From Phoronis australis (taxonomy: Eukaryota > Animalia > Phoronida), in assembly GCA_002633005.1 (NCBI GenBank), contig NMRA01000067.1:988582-1052581 (forward strand): a stretch of 64,000 nt of DNA, read 5' to 3'. The first letter of the stretch is position 1. Each line of letters starts with the position of its first letter. Made by a program: the position numbers and the translations under genes. The notes below the pieces were generated by a model. The model did no database searches, had not been told where the DNA came from, and worked only from the letters and a program-made list of their open reading frames with translations. This document shows positions 1-14,600 of the stretch, piece by piece.

Positions 1-1229
1 CAATCCCTGGGTTGCTTTTTGTTCCGTCTGAAGAAAATTTAATTTCGAAAATATCTTCTGAAAATGAACAAAAAAGTGCATTAGTAAAATCAACAAGTTT
101 TTAAGTGGTCTCAAAAAAACAGTCGGTAAATGCATTAATTTTAGTCTCAGTTCTTCCACGCGTGTTTCTCCCGAGATGTTAGTACCTAACTTGCAGACGA
201 GCGTTCCAAATTGGAACGCTAAGTCCCGCGTGGCAGCGCTGCACGCGAAACAAGATGGCGGACGACCTTTGGAGACTGACGACGAGAGGTAATCGGACTA
301 TATGGGGCATTTTAACCAACCCGAATGCAACGACTGGGTAAACTCTCTCACATTCTTATAATGAATGGGTTCGCAGAAAACAACAAATCCACGAACCGCG
401 TGCATCATTAGGAAACATCACGCATCACAAACAAGCTTTTCCACCACTGTCTTATACCAATCGTCTGCTTCGTACTTTAAACAATGGCGCCATTTTCAGG
501 AGATTATATATCTTATATTTTGTAAATAGTCTTCGTATTCAAGTTTCCATTCCTGTATTCAAGTACAAAGAAAGAAATGAACTAAATATCCTTTAAAAAA
601 TATTTTTTTTTGTTTTGAAAATTCAAATTTTGATCATCATAATACTTATTTGGAAATTAAGGTTTTCATAGATACGATCGCTCAATGGTATTTTGCACGA
701 AGGTCAAGGTCAATCGTATTGCCAGAAATATGAAGTGGGAAAATGTAACAGGTAAAACTAAATGCAACATTTTGATCGGTCTTTTGTGGATCGTTTTTGT
801 GGCTGTGTTTTGTTTCTTTTGTTCTACGCACTTAACTTCATTTATATTTTCACTACAGATTACAACTCAACAGTGTTGATTGCACTGCTACTTACTGCAC
901 TGACAGTGACACTGTTGACTGTTGTGAGAGGCACTAGTTTCACAGGTCCTCGTGAGTGGCGTGCAGCCTCTCCTTTCCGTGGTTAGCAAACATGTCGGCA
1001 GTACCACTGTCTGAACTGGTACAGTACCGTTGCCGCAGATGGTAGTCATACCATAGGGCCTTTATAGTCGCTATGTGCCAGAAAATTTTCTACAATTACA
1101 TACCTGGCACTGTCACTGAGTAGGCAACAGGTAGCCAGCCAGCTAGGCAATTACGTCGCCCCTGCCTGAGGCTGAATGTTACTCATTTCAAAATACAGCA
1201 AACAAAATTGAATAAAACTTGCATATATT

Positions 1230-1382
1230 TGTAGTGATAGCCGAGATTACCCGACCCGGGGATCGAACCCGCGACCCCCATAAAACCCGGCAAGCGTGCT
1301 AACCATTCAGCTAATAGGCAATTGCCCGTTAGCGAGTAGCTAACAGAGGCTCATATAATTCACCGGAAGCACATCTACAACA
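1230..1382 (-). mobile_element. Solo LTR containing a tRNA-like Pol III promoter (Helenus-type TRIM)
   Basis: 153 bp with TG...CA ends, flanked by a 4-bp direct repeat TATT (1226-1229, 1383-1386). The minus strand has an A box TAGCTGAATGGT (1302-1313) and a B box GGTTCGATCCC (1259-1269). Confidence 0.7.
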
Positions 1383-4300
1383 TATTGTTATTAACACATA
1401 CCATGACTGAATGCAATTTATTCAACCCAACTTGAGCATCCATGAAAATGGGTCGCGGTTCCCTTGAGTTTTTCTTACAGGGTGTCATTTTGAGGAAGAT
1501 ACGTTAAATCATGCCTGATAACAAACAAAGGACACAAATCTTACAAATTTCACCTGATATCTTTCAATGCTATTGCAAGTGTCATGAGTCATGCGCCAGG
1601 TCACACGCTTCGCTCAGTCTCGCGCTAGACTTTGCTTAACTTATGTGACTCAGTTGAAATAGTTTGTGAGTTGCGCGCTTGGTGAAAAAGTTAACGCTGA
1701 CCAAAAAAGTGGAGTTGGAATTCATCGCCAAAGTCACCTTAATTCTAGTAGCTATGCTTCATCGAATATATGTGTAGAAGCAGAAAAGACCACTGAAGGA
1801 AGTAAGCGCTTTTTAAGTAATACTTTTAAGTTCAAATTGTATTTTTGACGAGGTGAAAACCCTAAATCAGTGAGCGGATTTCATCTATTGCCCATTTAAA
1901 ATACACGGGATGAAATTAGTACAGAAAGCGATGGGAAATATCATAGCCCCTAACCAGCCAACCAAGGGACTACATGTTGCCTTCCAGCCAGGTAGCTGTA
2001 TTCTGCTCCATTTAATGGCCATTTTTATGGCACTAATAAACATCCATAGAAGCACACTGTCTGTGTTGTAGTCATGGGCATATTTCAGCGCTCCAAGTTG
2101 CTCATGTAGTTGTATCTCACTTTTAAGAATTTTATTCGGCCATACCTATTTGGCGTTAAAGCAAGCATAGTGTGTTAAAACTACCCTTTGTACTCTGCTA
2201 ACAGAACAATCCAGCAGATTTGCAAAGCATGTTAAGTTACAAAAAATAAACCCATGGATATTACTTTTGGAAAATAACTTGTAGTATAAGTGGGTATTTT
2301 CCGCCCAAATATGTCAAAGCATTGCTGCGAATGACTTAGTTATTTAAAGGAATGATTTAAGATCAGCATGGGGGGGCTTCAATTGGCCAAATTTACATGA
2401 AGATTAACCTGCATATGGAATTAATGTTACTAATCATATAAGGTAGTGGAAATTGATGAGTGCGTGACACTGACAAGATTTGGAACTTCTCATCATTTGG
2501 TTTCTGCACCAGTCAGCAACATTACCGTAATAACTAGTGCAGGAAGTCTTCAACTTGCCTGTTTACTAAGACAAGGTCTGTAGTGGTCTCTGGTATAATT
2601 GATAACACCTTTACCGACCCCTGTGTAGAGCCTGTCTAAAATCAGTGTGTTGACTGGTTGGTCCACAACGTGTGTGTTTCAAACCCTGGTTAAAGCTGGA
2701 TTATCATAAAATAAATCTTCATCTTATCAATTTGTGTGTGTGACATGACCAAACTTGTACCCAGGTCCAGTATTTGAAATTGTGAAAACCATCGGTATTT
2801 ACAGCGATATCCTTCCAGTATTCAAGGCCCAGTTTGATTACATTCATCACTTTCACCTGGGTTTTGTTTAATGTCAATGGTTCACTAGTCAGTCCGTAGC
2901 TAAGACGGTTGTAAGTTTTTGCAAACCTGATGCTGTGTTTTTAGAAGAGTCAGTGACTGAAGTAAAGTTAATGTTTTTTTCATGGTCAGACTAAACAACT
3001 GCCTTCACAAGTCACATTGATAAACTGTGTGCACATTATAATCAAGTTTTCAACTGCCTTAGCTAAGACCGAACTTACAACCTTTGATGAAATGGACCCC
3101 TGTAATAATGTAGTATGATAATATGGTGCAATCTTCTATGTGGGCGTGTGTACTCTTCTGATTATGGTAAAGTTTTTTTAGTTTAGAACACAATATGACA
3201 TAACAGTGAAAAATTATTTTAACAACATTTTCAATGAAAATAAATAGGAAGAAAACTTTATTTAATAATTTCTAAAGTTTATATTATAAAACTATCGTTA
3301 ATAAGCAAACAATGATGTTCAAGCATTTGTAAAAATGCAGTTTGGTGGCAGATGATGCTCCAGCAAGGTATGTGTGTTAGTTGCAACTTTACTAGTAATC
3401 CACCTTGTTCATTCGGACAGGGGCTCTCGATGCGTTCATGGAGAGCTTCTTTGACTCTTACAAAGTGTCTTCAAAAATTTCTTTGTCGTTATAGGTAGTA
3501 ATTGGTTTCTACCATGAGCAGGAAGGGTGAGAGTTCTCCTGCAATTCTTGTTAAGCAGAGCAATCTGTGAAAGCTTGATGAATTGTGCCGGAATTAATAG
3601 CCTTGAGTTTGTCTTCACTTGTCTTTGTCTAAAAAAGTATTTTTGGGATTGAAGTCATTTTTGTCATGTGGACTGTATAGTTTGAGATGCGTTTTGTGTG
3701 AGTGTGTAAACTGGTTTATAATCTCTAGTTTAGTCCACAAGAAAGAGTTGTGTCCCTTTAAAAGATTTTAATTAGAGATCAGTGCTGTTTGGTGAATAAT
3801 AGAAACCATTGGTAATAGCAAACACTTTCATAAACAGCGTATAATAAAGTATAATACCGTAATATCTGTACACTAAACGTACCGAGACGCCAATTGAGGT
3901 ACGCCAATCGAGGTACGTTATGTATTTGTCCCATATGCTTCGAATTGCTAAGTTTCTTTCATTTTTTCTTCATAGTTTTCAAATACTTCACTCAGACTGT
4001 TCATGTGGCAAATCACATCCTCTATGTATGTACTTGTCCGTTGGGTTGCAAGTTTTCTCTAGTAAAAGAAACAGTTTTAAATGTAACAATTTATTACTTG
4101 AAAAGAGATAACAAAGATAAAAACAACGGTAACTGTGCATTGAACATGTAACATCTCCTGGAAATAGTTAAATAACAACAATGTTTGATATTGTAGTTAC
4201 CAAGGAATCTGCGCCTGAGTTGCAGACGATATAATATTTAGCAAATTAAAACTGAAACAGAATTGTCATATAATTAACAATGTTGTACCAGATGTTACGT

Positions 4301-7300
4301 TTAGGGCCTGATTAAGTGTTATTTACACTACTGCAACCGTATTACTTTAAACTATTTTCCGAAAGTGTGGTGATCGAACTGGCTAACGACGTCGAGTCGA
4401 CATTCACCTACCTTTTGAACTTTCCATGTCAGAGGTCACTGTTGAAGTAGCGCGGGAGGTGAATACAGAAAACATTATTACATGGCCGTATTGTACTCAA
4501 CAGATTCAACGCATACGGGATAAATAAATGTATTCTGGTCATGTTTTCAGGTGTGTAGGTTTTAAAATTTTTATGTCTAGGACTTTAATTGCATTGTTGC
4601 GATTTTACGTATTCTTAAGTTAACGGTACTGGGGAATGTCACCGATTGTAAGGTATTTTAGATCATTTTGGCATATTTTACTGTACTCTGAAATGTACTT
4701 TGAATCATTTAGTGAATTTTTGTAAAAACTGTAAGTCAAGTGGTTTGAGCAAGTCAAACAATACAAACACTGTACGTCTGATCACCAGAATTGCAGTTGT
4801 AGTTTTATTACCTATTTCTGGCATCCTTGCTCAAGTCAAAGACCAATTGCTATGTAACAGGACTGGATATGAAAATATGTCAGTCGGCCATTGCACACAG
4901 TGAGACCGGAGAAGTGAGGGAACACACCTTACTTGATGTTTTCAGAGCAGTGACACCACTTGGGGTTTGAAGAACTATCGATTCATATTTTATAGAAGGT
5001 TCGAAATACCTCTTATAGCCAAGTAAAACATCGGAAATCAAGGAATAAGGTTTTCAAAAGGTAATTTAAAGGGGAATACAATCTTTTAGTTTCCTTGTAA
5101 AGACTACTTGGTACTTAGCTGTGAGTCTGTGAATCCATGTGGAAGAATCTCTTTTAACCACTGCTGGTTATAATAACATTGTTTTGATATGTCAAATAGA
5201 CTACTGATAGGTCAGCAAACTTATTCCCTTCTATTGTGTGTAATTACAAGTTAAGGACACTATATGGCCGACTAGTGAAATTTATGTTTCCAAACACCAA
5301 ATAAACGCTGTACGGAGGTCTATGTCAAAACCTGCCATCAGACAACATTTCTGAGAAATTGCGAGCATTCAAAGCAGTGTTAGAAGTTTGGCAATTATTT
5401 TTGTCCAAAGTTTGTGAGCTCACCGTAACCAAAGTTTGCTTTGAAGATTGACATGCAAAGTGGCTGTTGTTCCACCCACAGCCTCTTGAAGGAGACAATG
5501 TTTTATCAGATGTCTTGTCAACCAATTTACCCATGTTTAATTAAATTGTTTTCTAATCAATCCCCTTGTTGTTAGTCTGCACCGTTCCATATCTCAGTAA
5601 CACAACTATGTCAACAACTCAACTCGGTGAGAAGGGAACTGGACTGGGGTTGAACTAGTTGCAATGATTTTTAACTAGGTTTTCTAACATTCTACACGTC
5701 GCAGTTGGATGCTCCCAGGTAGGAGGTAGACCTTGTGTATTATGCTTCACTTTGTAGGACTTGGGCTTAGTTTCAACATAATGAAAATTGATATTTTTAA
5801 TTAGCTCATAATGCATGTAAAGATTGAATGTCTATAAATATGATTAAATTTTGCATCAAACCATAAACCTATCGATTCTTCGTAGCTTGTTAATGTAGCA
5901 TCTCAGGGGCTTTTGTATTAACATATGGAAAGATCTGAAGTGTTTTATTAATATAGTAATTATGTAATCCATAAAAATTTTGCCAAAAATGTCATTTTTT
6001 CAAGTTCCAAAAGGCTGATTGCCTTGCCAGAAATGATAAAAACTACCAAATATTTTTTGACATCAATCCGGTACAAACCAAGTTAATAATGAGCTAAAAC
6101 TTGCATAATATTTGTTTTTGTGGATGGATAAAATTGACAATATAAATTCATTTGTCTGTAATGTTGTGTGCTAAATAAGTGTCGAATTTACCATAAGTTG
6201 TTTATCTGGTTCACCAATGCCAGCATTGTAGCAAGACTTTCGAGCAGTCCGCAGAAGGGTTATTTTTGCCAGCAGTTAAGTTTGTTTCCACACCATGGTA
6301 ATCGAATCTGAATCGCTTTAAATGAAAATTGATGTCAAAACACTTTCACTCTTTGCCATAAATTGATAAGGGTGACATTTGACAAAGATCTCTTACCCCT
6401 GCGCTTGCTTCCGGGTTCTTCGAAGTATACAGTCTGGCTGCAAATGCTGGTGGAAAAGTCAGTAGTTTTGGTGTAACTCATACTATCAGTGAAGTGACCG
6501 TTCACCTTAATGGGGCTTTTGCTATAAACAAAAGTGGAAGTAAAAATGTGGGCTTTAGCCAATTTATGAAGGAGTACTTAGGTTTCCATCCTAAATTGTA
6601 TGTCAGTGGTTTTAGATATGGGCCTATATGGTATACACAGTATATTATGGTATTATTGATAATGGTTTCAGTACATATGTTGTAAAACAGCAATTTGGCT
6701 GCACAGCTCTAGAAGTGTAAATTGCATGGTATTCTCACTAGTTGAGGAGCTAAGCTTCTGCACTACTTGTACATACGGTAAAAAATCTTCAGTTTTAGGT
6801 CACAATATGACTAACAGGTGAAATTTCATTTTGTCAAATTTGTCAACAAAAAGGATTTTTTAGGAAAATTTACTTTGCTTTTAACATTACCAAACAACAT
6901 TTGGTAAAATTTTCAGCACTGGCAACAATGCATTAAGTCTCTGAAAATTAGAAATTTGACAGTTTTGGCATTTTTTATCCTTTATCCGAAATTGGAGAAT
7001 TTTTACCTTAAGACCTTTACGTATTCTGTCTGGGGAAATTTGTTTTTATTTGTTTGTTTGTTTATACCTGAAGTGTAATAATTTGCTAGGTATGTGTACT
7101 GAAACATCAGAAGCACATCAGAATCTTGATTTTGAAACTGGGCTACCAAGTTTTGTTCAAAATCAATATTTTATTTTCACCAAGATGGTCTATTGTGCAG
7201 TTTGACAAACGGGCTTTGTATGGTGGTGTGAGGATTTGGTCTAAGCTCCCAGATCCTGCAGTGAGCTACCATTCAAGCCTGAGGAGCAGCCTATGGCCTA

Positions 7301-9688
7301 TGGAAAGGATTTTCAGAGATGTAGTTACTATGGCAAATATGTGCTTTTCAAGTCAATTTCATTTTGTCACGAATATGTAAATAAATAATCAAAGTTTTAG
7401 ACAATGTAAAAATTCAATTACTGTCAAAAATCCATAATTCAATGTATGCACCCTCTTTAAAGAAGGATTACATATTTTTTTCATAAATTCAAATGCTCAC
7501 TGTATTGTTCAAACATTCATCGCGAGTTCATTGATGACAGCCGTACTAAAGTTTTTGAGTAATCAAGTAAATTTGTCTTCTTGTGTAATCCTGATAAAAA
7601 TTTTGATAAAATAAAATGTCCTGATTTGAAGAGACTTTACAGCACTAGAAACAAAATTTTTAAAATATTTATACATAAATGGAATGGTAATTCTGTGCAG
7701 GCACAATGAACTGGAATAAAAGTTGAATTTTCATGCTATAGTGACCTGTGTATTGTTACTAGACAATGCTTCGTCGCTTTTGAAATAAGCCTGACATAAA
7801 TAGTTCTGACGCTATTGTGCTGAACACCCTGTGCTTAAAAAAACGTGTTTAAAGTAAATAGATCTCGTGATATCTTGTTTCAAATGGTTGTGCCTGGGAA
7901 TTCATACCTGGGTAACTCACGATGATATAGTCCAGACAGGTATGTCGTGATCTTAGTGTATAAATAAGAGCGCATGTCGCCAGGAGGATTGTGTTTTCAA
8001 CAGAACTCCTTGAGACAGATGTTTTGATGGTTTGATATAATTGGGAAGACTGCATTCAGATCAGGTCAAATGAAACGATAAATGGGATGTGTGTGTGTGT
8101 GTTATGTTGATGCATTTTTGTTTTATTGTTGTGTTTTGGGTCAATGCCTATATCACATTTGGGACATTTTTGTCCAGTTAATTTGTCATTTTAGGTTTTG
8201 AACATAATAGTTAATTTTATCGTTGGCATCTAAAACAGCGGACTCTGATATGGTTAGAAAGAATCTGTCATTTAATGTTTATTTATTGTTCTCATTATTA
8301 ATTTGTTATATTAACATTATATGTACGGACTGCATGACTTCTAAAGCAACTCTTGAAACATATGTTCTCTTTCTTTTGTACATTTATTGAGTAAATTTAG
8401 AACTCTATATGTCATGCATGTTTACATGATATGGTGAAGTCCTATTAATTTAGGACACAATGTGGCGATTGAATGAAATTGTTATTTCTTTCTCATCAAA
8501 ATTAATTAGCTCCAACAATTAAAAACTTCACCAGTTTTATGTTTACAGATATTGTGGTAATCGGTGACATTATTAGAAGCTTTTGAAAAATAAAAAAAGT
8601 TGTATTTTCGTTTTTTTTTTTGTTCGAAATTGGTAAGGTGTATATAGAGTAACAAAGTACGGTACTACCTTTAATGTGCAATTTGAATAGTTGCCAACAT
8701 TTGAAAACGAAAAAGTGGGATACCTGGATCTGGGCCATACCACAAAGGGCATATGTTGGGTGGTGTGGTGTGGTCTGGTCAAAAGTAAGGACAGTGACCG
8801 TGTAATTGAATTGGATTACTGCAGCTAGATAGTGGTACTCCCTTTGTTTCAGTCGCCCCATTCATTCCACTGAGAGGTATTTCATGCATTGTTGAAACCT
8901 TTCATCCCTGGTGACAGCTGTGTATCTTGTAGGTGAGTTAAATGAGGCATTCCATTGATTTTTATTCTCTGTGCTTCCAGGTGAACAGCTGTGCCAATGA
9001 TCGTCAGTGAGTATGTAGTTCTTCCGGGAAACGAGTCATTGTAGGTGATCCAAGCAAGCGGTTATGGAGACTACCTTCAACTGTGTGTTGTCAAAATGAC
9101 GTGGTATTCGTAAAATGGAATACTGGCTAGAAAGATTGAATGGTGCGTAGTTTGGTGATTGTTTGTTCTATTTTGTGCACTGCATGGTACTATTTGTTTC
9201 TATACTGAGTAGAATCATGGTTTCTACAAAAGTCTAACTACACAAATTATTTTTGTTTTAGTGGCCAACTTTTATGAGTGCTAACATGTGAGGATCCAAT
9301 TAATTCCTCAACTGAGGAAAGCTTTTCTCATAAGAGTTAATGTCTTAATGCTTCAGTATTGTGATTACTAGATATTCTATTTTTATACGTCAGTGCGCCT
9401 CTGTATACATACTTTGTATGTACCATGGGATGGTAGCCTTTTACGTACAAAGAATAAAGTTATAAACTTAAAATAGTGAAAGCCATTTAGTAACTTAATT
9501 CAGCTATAAACCCACCTTCGCTTAAAAAGTTAACTTTTGATTTTGTCACTTATTGTTAAAAATCTCAACTTATCTTGCGATTTAGTCAGACTAGACAATG
9601 ATTCTTGAAGTAAAGGGGATCTGAGTATTTGTTTATTGCTTGCGGTGAGGCACAGTGAGTTGGCTTGTCCTGGTGGATGTCATTTGGA

Positions 9689-9928
9689 CAGTAGCGTGCA
9701 GAAGGGGAGCCGACGGGCCTACAGCCTGGGCATCCACGCCGGGGGTCATCCAATTACTATGAATAAATTTTCTGATATTGTGACTGATTTGTAGTTTATT
9801 TGAATGAAGCTTCTATTTTATGTTTCACCTTTTTTACTTATCTAGCACTGGAGTTTATTCATTTGAGTAGAGGGAGGGGCATCCAGTAAAAATTGCCCTG
9901 GGCATGACCAAACCTCTGCACGCATGCT
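9689..9928. mobile_element. Small MITE-like insertion
   Basis: Inverted termini gcgtgcaga / tctgcacgc; internal gggcatcca sub-repeats. Confidence 0.45.
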
Positions 9929-11392
9929 ATCTAGCAAGAAATGCCAGTTGTTCTCCATCCCACAAATCATTCCCCTTCTGAGTAAGGAACACGTTGATAT
10001 CAATTTTATGATGGTTGCTTTGACAGCTGAAAGCGGGCTTGTTCCCACTTTAATTGCTAATCAGATTATTGAAAGTGACAAATTTTGATAATACATGCCA
10101 ACAGTTATTATGAGGGAAAGGTGTGGCACCATGTGCCAGTTTACAGGTCTTCTAATCTGTGACATTATGGTTGAACCAGCTGATTCAGTGTGTGTTCAGT
10201 TGCAGGACGCCTGTAGTTTGTACTTGGGCTACAACCACTTGTTGCTTGAGAGTGTCACTGTAACTACAACCAGCAGTGTTGTGTAGTTTTTAGTAATCAA
10301 CGAGACATGTAAAATTCAATAGTTGATAGGCTAGTTAGTGGTATTAGTGCCATAAACCTCCATGTGAAGGACCAGTACTGATCACAATGCTGCAGGTGCT
10401 TTGTGGGTAAATCTGCGGGAAGGAAAAGCACTGTTAACATATGGGTTTGGTCGATAGCAAATGAGCATTCAGGTGGAGTGAAAATATCAGTTTACCTCTG
10501 TTATAATGAAGTTTGCCTAGCCAGGTTTAGTTAGTATTTTACTGTTGTGTAGACTTTTTTGTGTATTTTCACAACATTGTTTACCTATGAGGCCCTATGA
10601 GGTCAGAGATTTTTTAAATCGCTGTCTGAGATATCACCATACATATGTTGTTCCGCGAGTCTCGCTACCGGTGAATTTTGTTCTAGCCAGTGTGTGAACT
10701 GGGTATCAGTCACTGTTCACTCACTGTTGCCTGTAAGTCTATTGTCGTACTGAAGGGGGCACCAGTCACATGGCCAGTGTCCCCATATTCGAATCACTGG
10801 AATTAATGTTAGGTTAGGATATGTGAGTTCTGACTCAGCAGTCACATAAAGTGTGACAGGTGTTTTTAAAATTGTTGGTCATAAATTAGCATGGCATTGG
10901 TACTGCAGTCATTTCACAAAGTGCTTTTTCATTTCGTCCCTATGTTTCAGTCCTTGGTGGAATTTAGTCAGTGAATATTCGGTGTTTCTATTTCAGTGAC
11001 GAAATTCTTTCTAAAGCTGCAAAGTTAGTATGAAGAGACGCAGTTTGACAAGAACAGTTCTTGGACAGTTAGTCTCCGGATCTAGTGTGTAACCATGACG
11101 TGGATAGTGGCGGCCCTATACTTACTGTCACAGATCTGAATTCGTTGATGATTGTGGAAATATATTTTTAAGCGAGAGATTTATGTTACTTTTAACTAGC
11201 CCTTTATGCAAATTACATTCCAACTATTTTTACAATTTGTTTGAACTGATACGCATTTCGTTATTATTATGTTTATTATTATTTACATTTGACATTCCCG
11301 GTTTTTAACATTATAAACTGTACACACCCTTGGATCAAATCCATCCAAAGTATACTTTTATTTATGAGCATTTACTCCAATAACCTGTGACC

Positions 11393-11639
11393 ATGGCAAC
11401 CTGTTTGATGTCTGACCTTGATCTCACTGAGGACGAAATACACAAGATCATGGCAGAAAAAGCAAAGGAGTTATTTCAATTGTGTGATACTGAAAACAAG
11501 GGTTATCTGACCCGTCAAGACCTGGGTAAACTGAATGAGGAGTTGGATCTATCTGTTGAACAGCTAGAAGCCGTGTACGATAGTCTGGACAGGGACAAGA
11601 ATGGATGTCTGACGTTTGATGAGTTTATAGAAGGATTTG
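11393..11639 (+). CDS. CRACR2A: CRACR2A-like coding exon 1 (EF-hand pair)
   Basis: accATGg start; [18 protein letters not shown] and [20 protein letters not shown]-hand loops; donor g|gtgagt (phase 1). Confidence 0.9.
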
Positions 11640-14600
11640 GTGAGTCAACATATGTTAGAACTGTGAGTAAACATGTGTCCATCTGTGGTCACTGAAGTGT
11701 TAACGGTGTGCCACTACCTTTAGCAGCGTTCAATAGCTCAAGTGGTAAAACTATAAATTAGAATACAATATGCCCAAAAAGTGGAATATTATTTTGTCAA
11801 AGTTCTTTATCAACAGAAATGTAAAAGTGCATAAGCTGAAGAATTTTCTCATCATTGCAGGTATTTGTGTTGAAGATGTTTGATGAGGAAGTTATTTATT
11901 TTGTTTGAATCTGAATAACCATTTCTTTAGTGTGTGGTTTAGGGAATGTCTTTCAATATTATATACAATAACCCTAATTTTGTGTGTTGCTCGACCAATG
12001 TCTGTTTATATGCAAAATAACCTTAATTTTAGTGTATTGTTTGACAGATGTCTGTAACAACAAACTCAACAAATTATAAAAGTAAGCATTTTGTGTTCAT
12101 GATGTAATGCCGATTTCTCAATTGAGATCATATCTTACACAATGCTGGATGCACTTTCAATTGACCTAATGAAGTCTCTATAAAACCTACATTTCGGAGT
12201 CTCGCTCAACAGTGGTGATGGTGATGACAAGTTTAAAATAATTAAAATTACTCTATTCCTTTGCACAGATTAAAAATAATAAAATAAAAACTCTAGCTAG
12301 TACAATATTAATTATAGGGGACGACCTTCGAGAAGGTGTCACTTTATTAAATGCAGGAGACAATGTGAAATTGGTTCTTCAAGAAGGTGTCACTTTATTA
12401 AATGCAGGAGACAATGTGAAATTGGTTCTTCAAGAAGGTGTCACTTTATTAAATGCAGGAGACAGCTGCAAACTTGTGCATTGGAATACTTACTCAATAA
12501 ACAGACTGAGGAGAATAGGAAGTTGGTACTAAACATATGTTGAATATAGAAATAGGGTTAATATGCTAGGAAAGGTATCGGTAAATTCTGTTGTACTTCA
12601 ATTTTGGATGAAAATTAGGCGAAAAGAACACCAGAATCCTGGACGTAATTTTGCTCCTGAACCAAAACTGCCAACGCACAGCCGAACACATGGCACCTGA
12701 AACACAGTGGTAATTGATCTAACAAAATTATGCAAAATGGATGAAGTCCACGTGACCCTAGTGTTTACTTACAACCTGGTGAGTGTTAAACAACCATGGG
12801 GGTCAACCACCGCCACAGAAACAAAACTAACGAAACACAGTGAACAGGAAAATCAATGTTAACTGGGAAGCACTTGTTGTGGTTTAATAAATGCATCATC
12901 TTGAATTTAACAGCTGGTGTTATCATCACCGATTATCTTGTTTGGAACTGAATATAAAATGGGTTATTAATTAGCATTATTATCTGTAAATGGACATAAT
13001 AACTGTATCATAAGTAGTTGCAGGTATATGTTGCACAGATTTTAGGTCTTTGTAATCAAAATATTTTGTATGCTGGTGGAAATTTTTATTGAATATTTGT
13101 TTTCATCTTATGCATTAGGTCAATGCGTTTACTCTTAGTATAGTTAAATGTTATTTTTCTGATGGTGATGATGGGTATGGGACAGAGGTCTCAAAAACAT
13201 CATAATGACCTTGGTGAAAGTCAATAGTTGTTCTAAATGAAGCAACTAGGCAGAGTGAGATGTCAGTAGGCACATTAAGATGGTTCATGCTGGTAGGTTT
13301 GTAAGCCCGCGTGTTTCAAACGTTGATTGCATCATTTCCATTTTATAATTGAGACGGTGTTCAATTTTGATCAATAAAATCCTGTGTCTAAGGTCGCTAC
13401 AGGATTGGAAAATGTACAATCTTCAACAAGTCAGTGTGTGGGAACTACCACCTGACCAGAAAACAGAAAAAATTCATGAATTCAAAATGTTCGTGTAGTT
13501 TATCTATCCAAACACTTTAGCTGGGGATGAAACTCATTTTACTAGTTATTATCTAGAGTACTTCAGAAGGAGATTTTATCAATTTTCCGTGCCCAAGAGA
13601 TACACATTTAACCTCTACATTATACTTTGCACATGTGTCATTGAAAATTTGCACCACTGCAGCAATGTCGTTCTCGAATCTGAACACAGCTAGGCATCAA
13701 ATAACTAATTCTGATTACAAACTGTGTCGTGCTGGTGCAGGAATATGGTGCAGGAATATGGTGCAGGAATATGGTGCAAGAATATGGTGCAGGAATATGG
13801 TGCAGGAATATAAGGCTGGGGATTACCAGAATTAATTTTGCCAATTCAGTCCCTTTTGTTTACTTTTGTCTGCGAATATTTGTTCAGTCACCTTGTATTT
13901 CTACTTGATATTTGCTCAGTTTATCATGCTTGTGATGTTTTTCACCTGAACTTGCATAGTTTCCACCGTTTTAGCTGAAATCCGAATATAAACAATGCCT
14001 TCGCTGTTACAAAAAAAAAACCTAAAAAGTGTGTGTTAAAGTTGACAAGTAACTGTTTCAACTTTCACACTCAGTGTGCCTCCTGTTGGTGGGATGTCAC
14101 AAACAGAACACTGAACATAGAGAAAGTGATTATTGAGTCTTGCTATGTTCATTCAAGGAATACCGGGTTTTAGTGATATATTTTAATTCAATCTAAAGCA
14201 ATTGTTCATGGATTAATACCTCAATAATAACTGTTTACCCAAGGGTTGCTCGTTTGCATGATATGTCCTTTTAGGATATCAAGGAAGGCAAAAGCTTACC
14301 ACTTATTGACAAGTTGAACACTGTGGTCATAAGTTATTGTACAGAACATGAGTTTGATGGAATGAATGAACTAAGTCTAAGTTATGATGAAGAATAAACA
14401 GCGTTCAATAAGTATGCTTGTAACAGTTATTAGTCATTCTGTAAAAAGTAGTTAAAGCCTGTTCACTTGAAGCAGGACATTAGCAAAGTCCTAAAATATT
14501 GGCTAAAATTAGCCATCTTGACAAACTTTTTCACTTCGTTACATCAGGATTGGGTCACCAATCCAATGAGTTTGCGACAGTCGGGTGATTATGACGAGCC

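Noticed and set aside
1250-1320. Functional tRNA gene
   Set aside because: A and B boxes are present but the acceptor stem and anticodon arm are irregular; it is embedded in a TG...CA unit with a TSD
8981-9006. Possible 5' UTR microexon (cttccag|...|gtgagt)
   Set aside because: Splice-like signals only; cannot be supported without transcripts
685-10286. Many 60-120 aa six-frame ORFs
   Set aside because: Expected by chance; many have non-ATG starts, with no motifs or consistent splice chain
12331-12464. Repeat arrays (also 13734, 57997, 41916) as CRISPR-like arrays
   Set aside because: The units are contiguous with no unique spacers, there are no cas genes, and the context is eukaryotic
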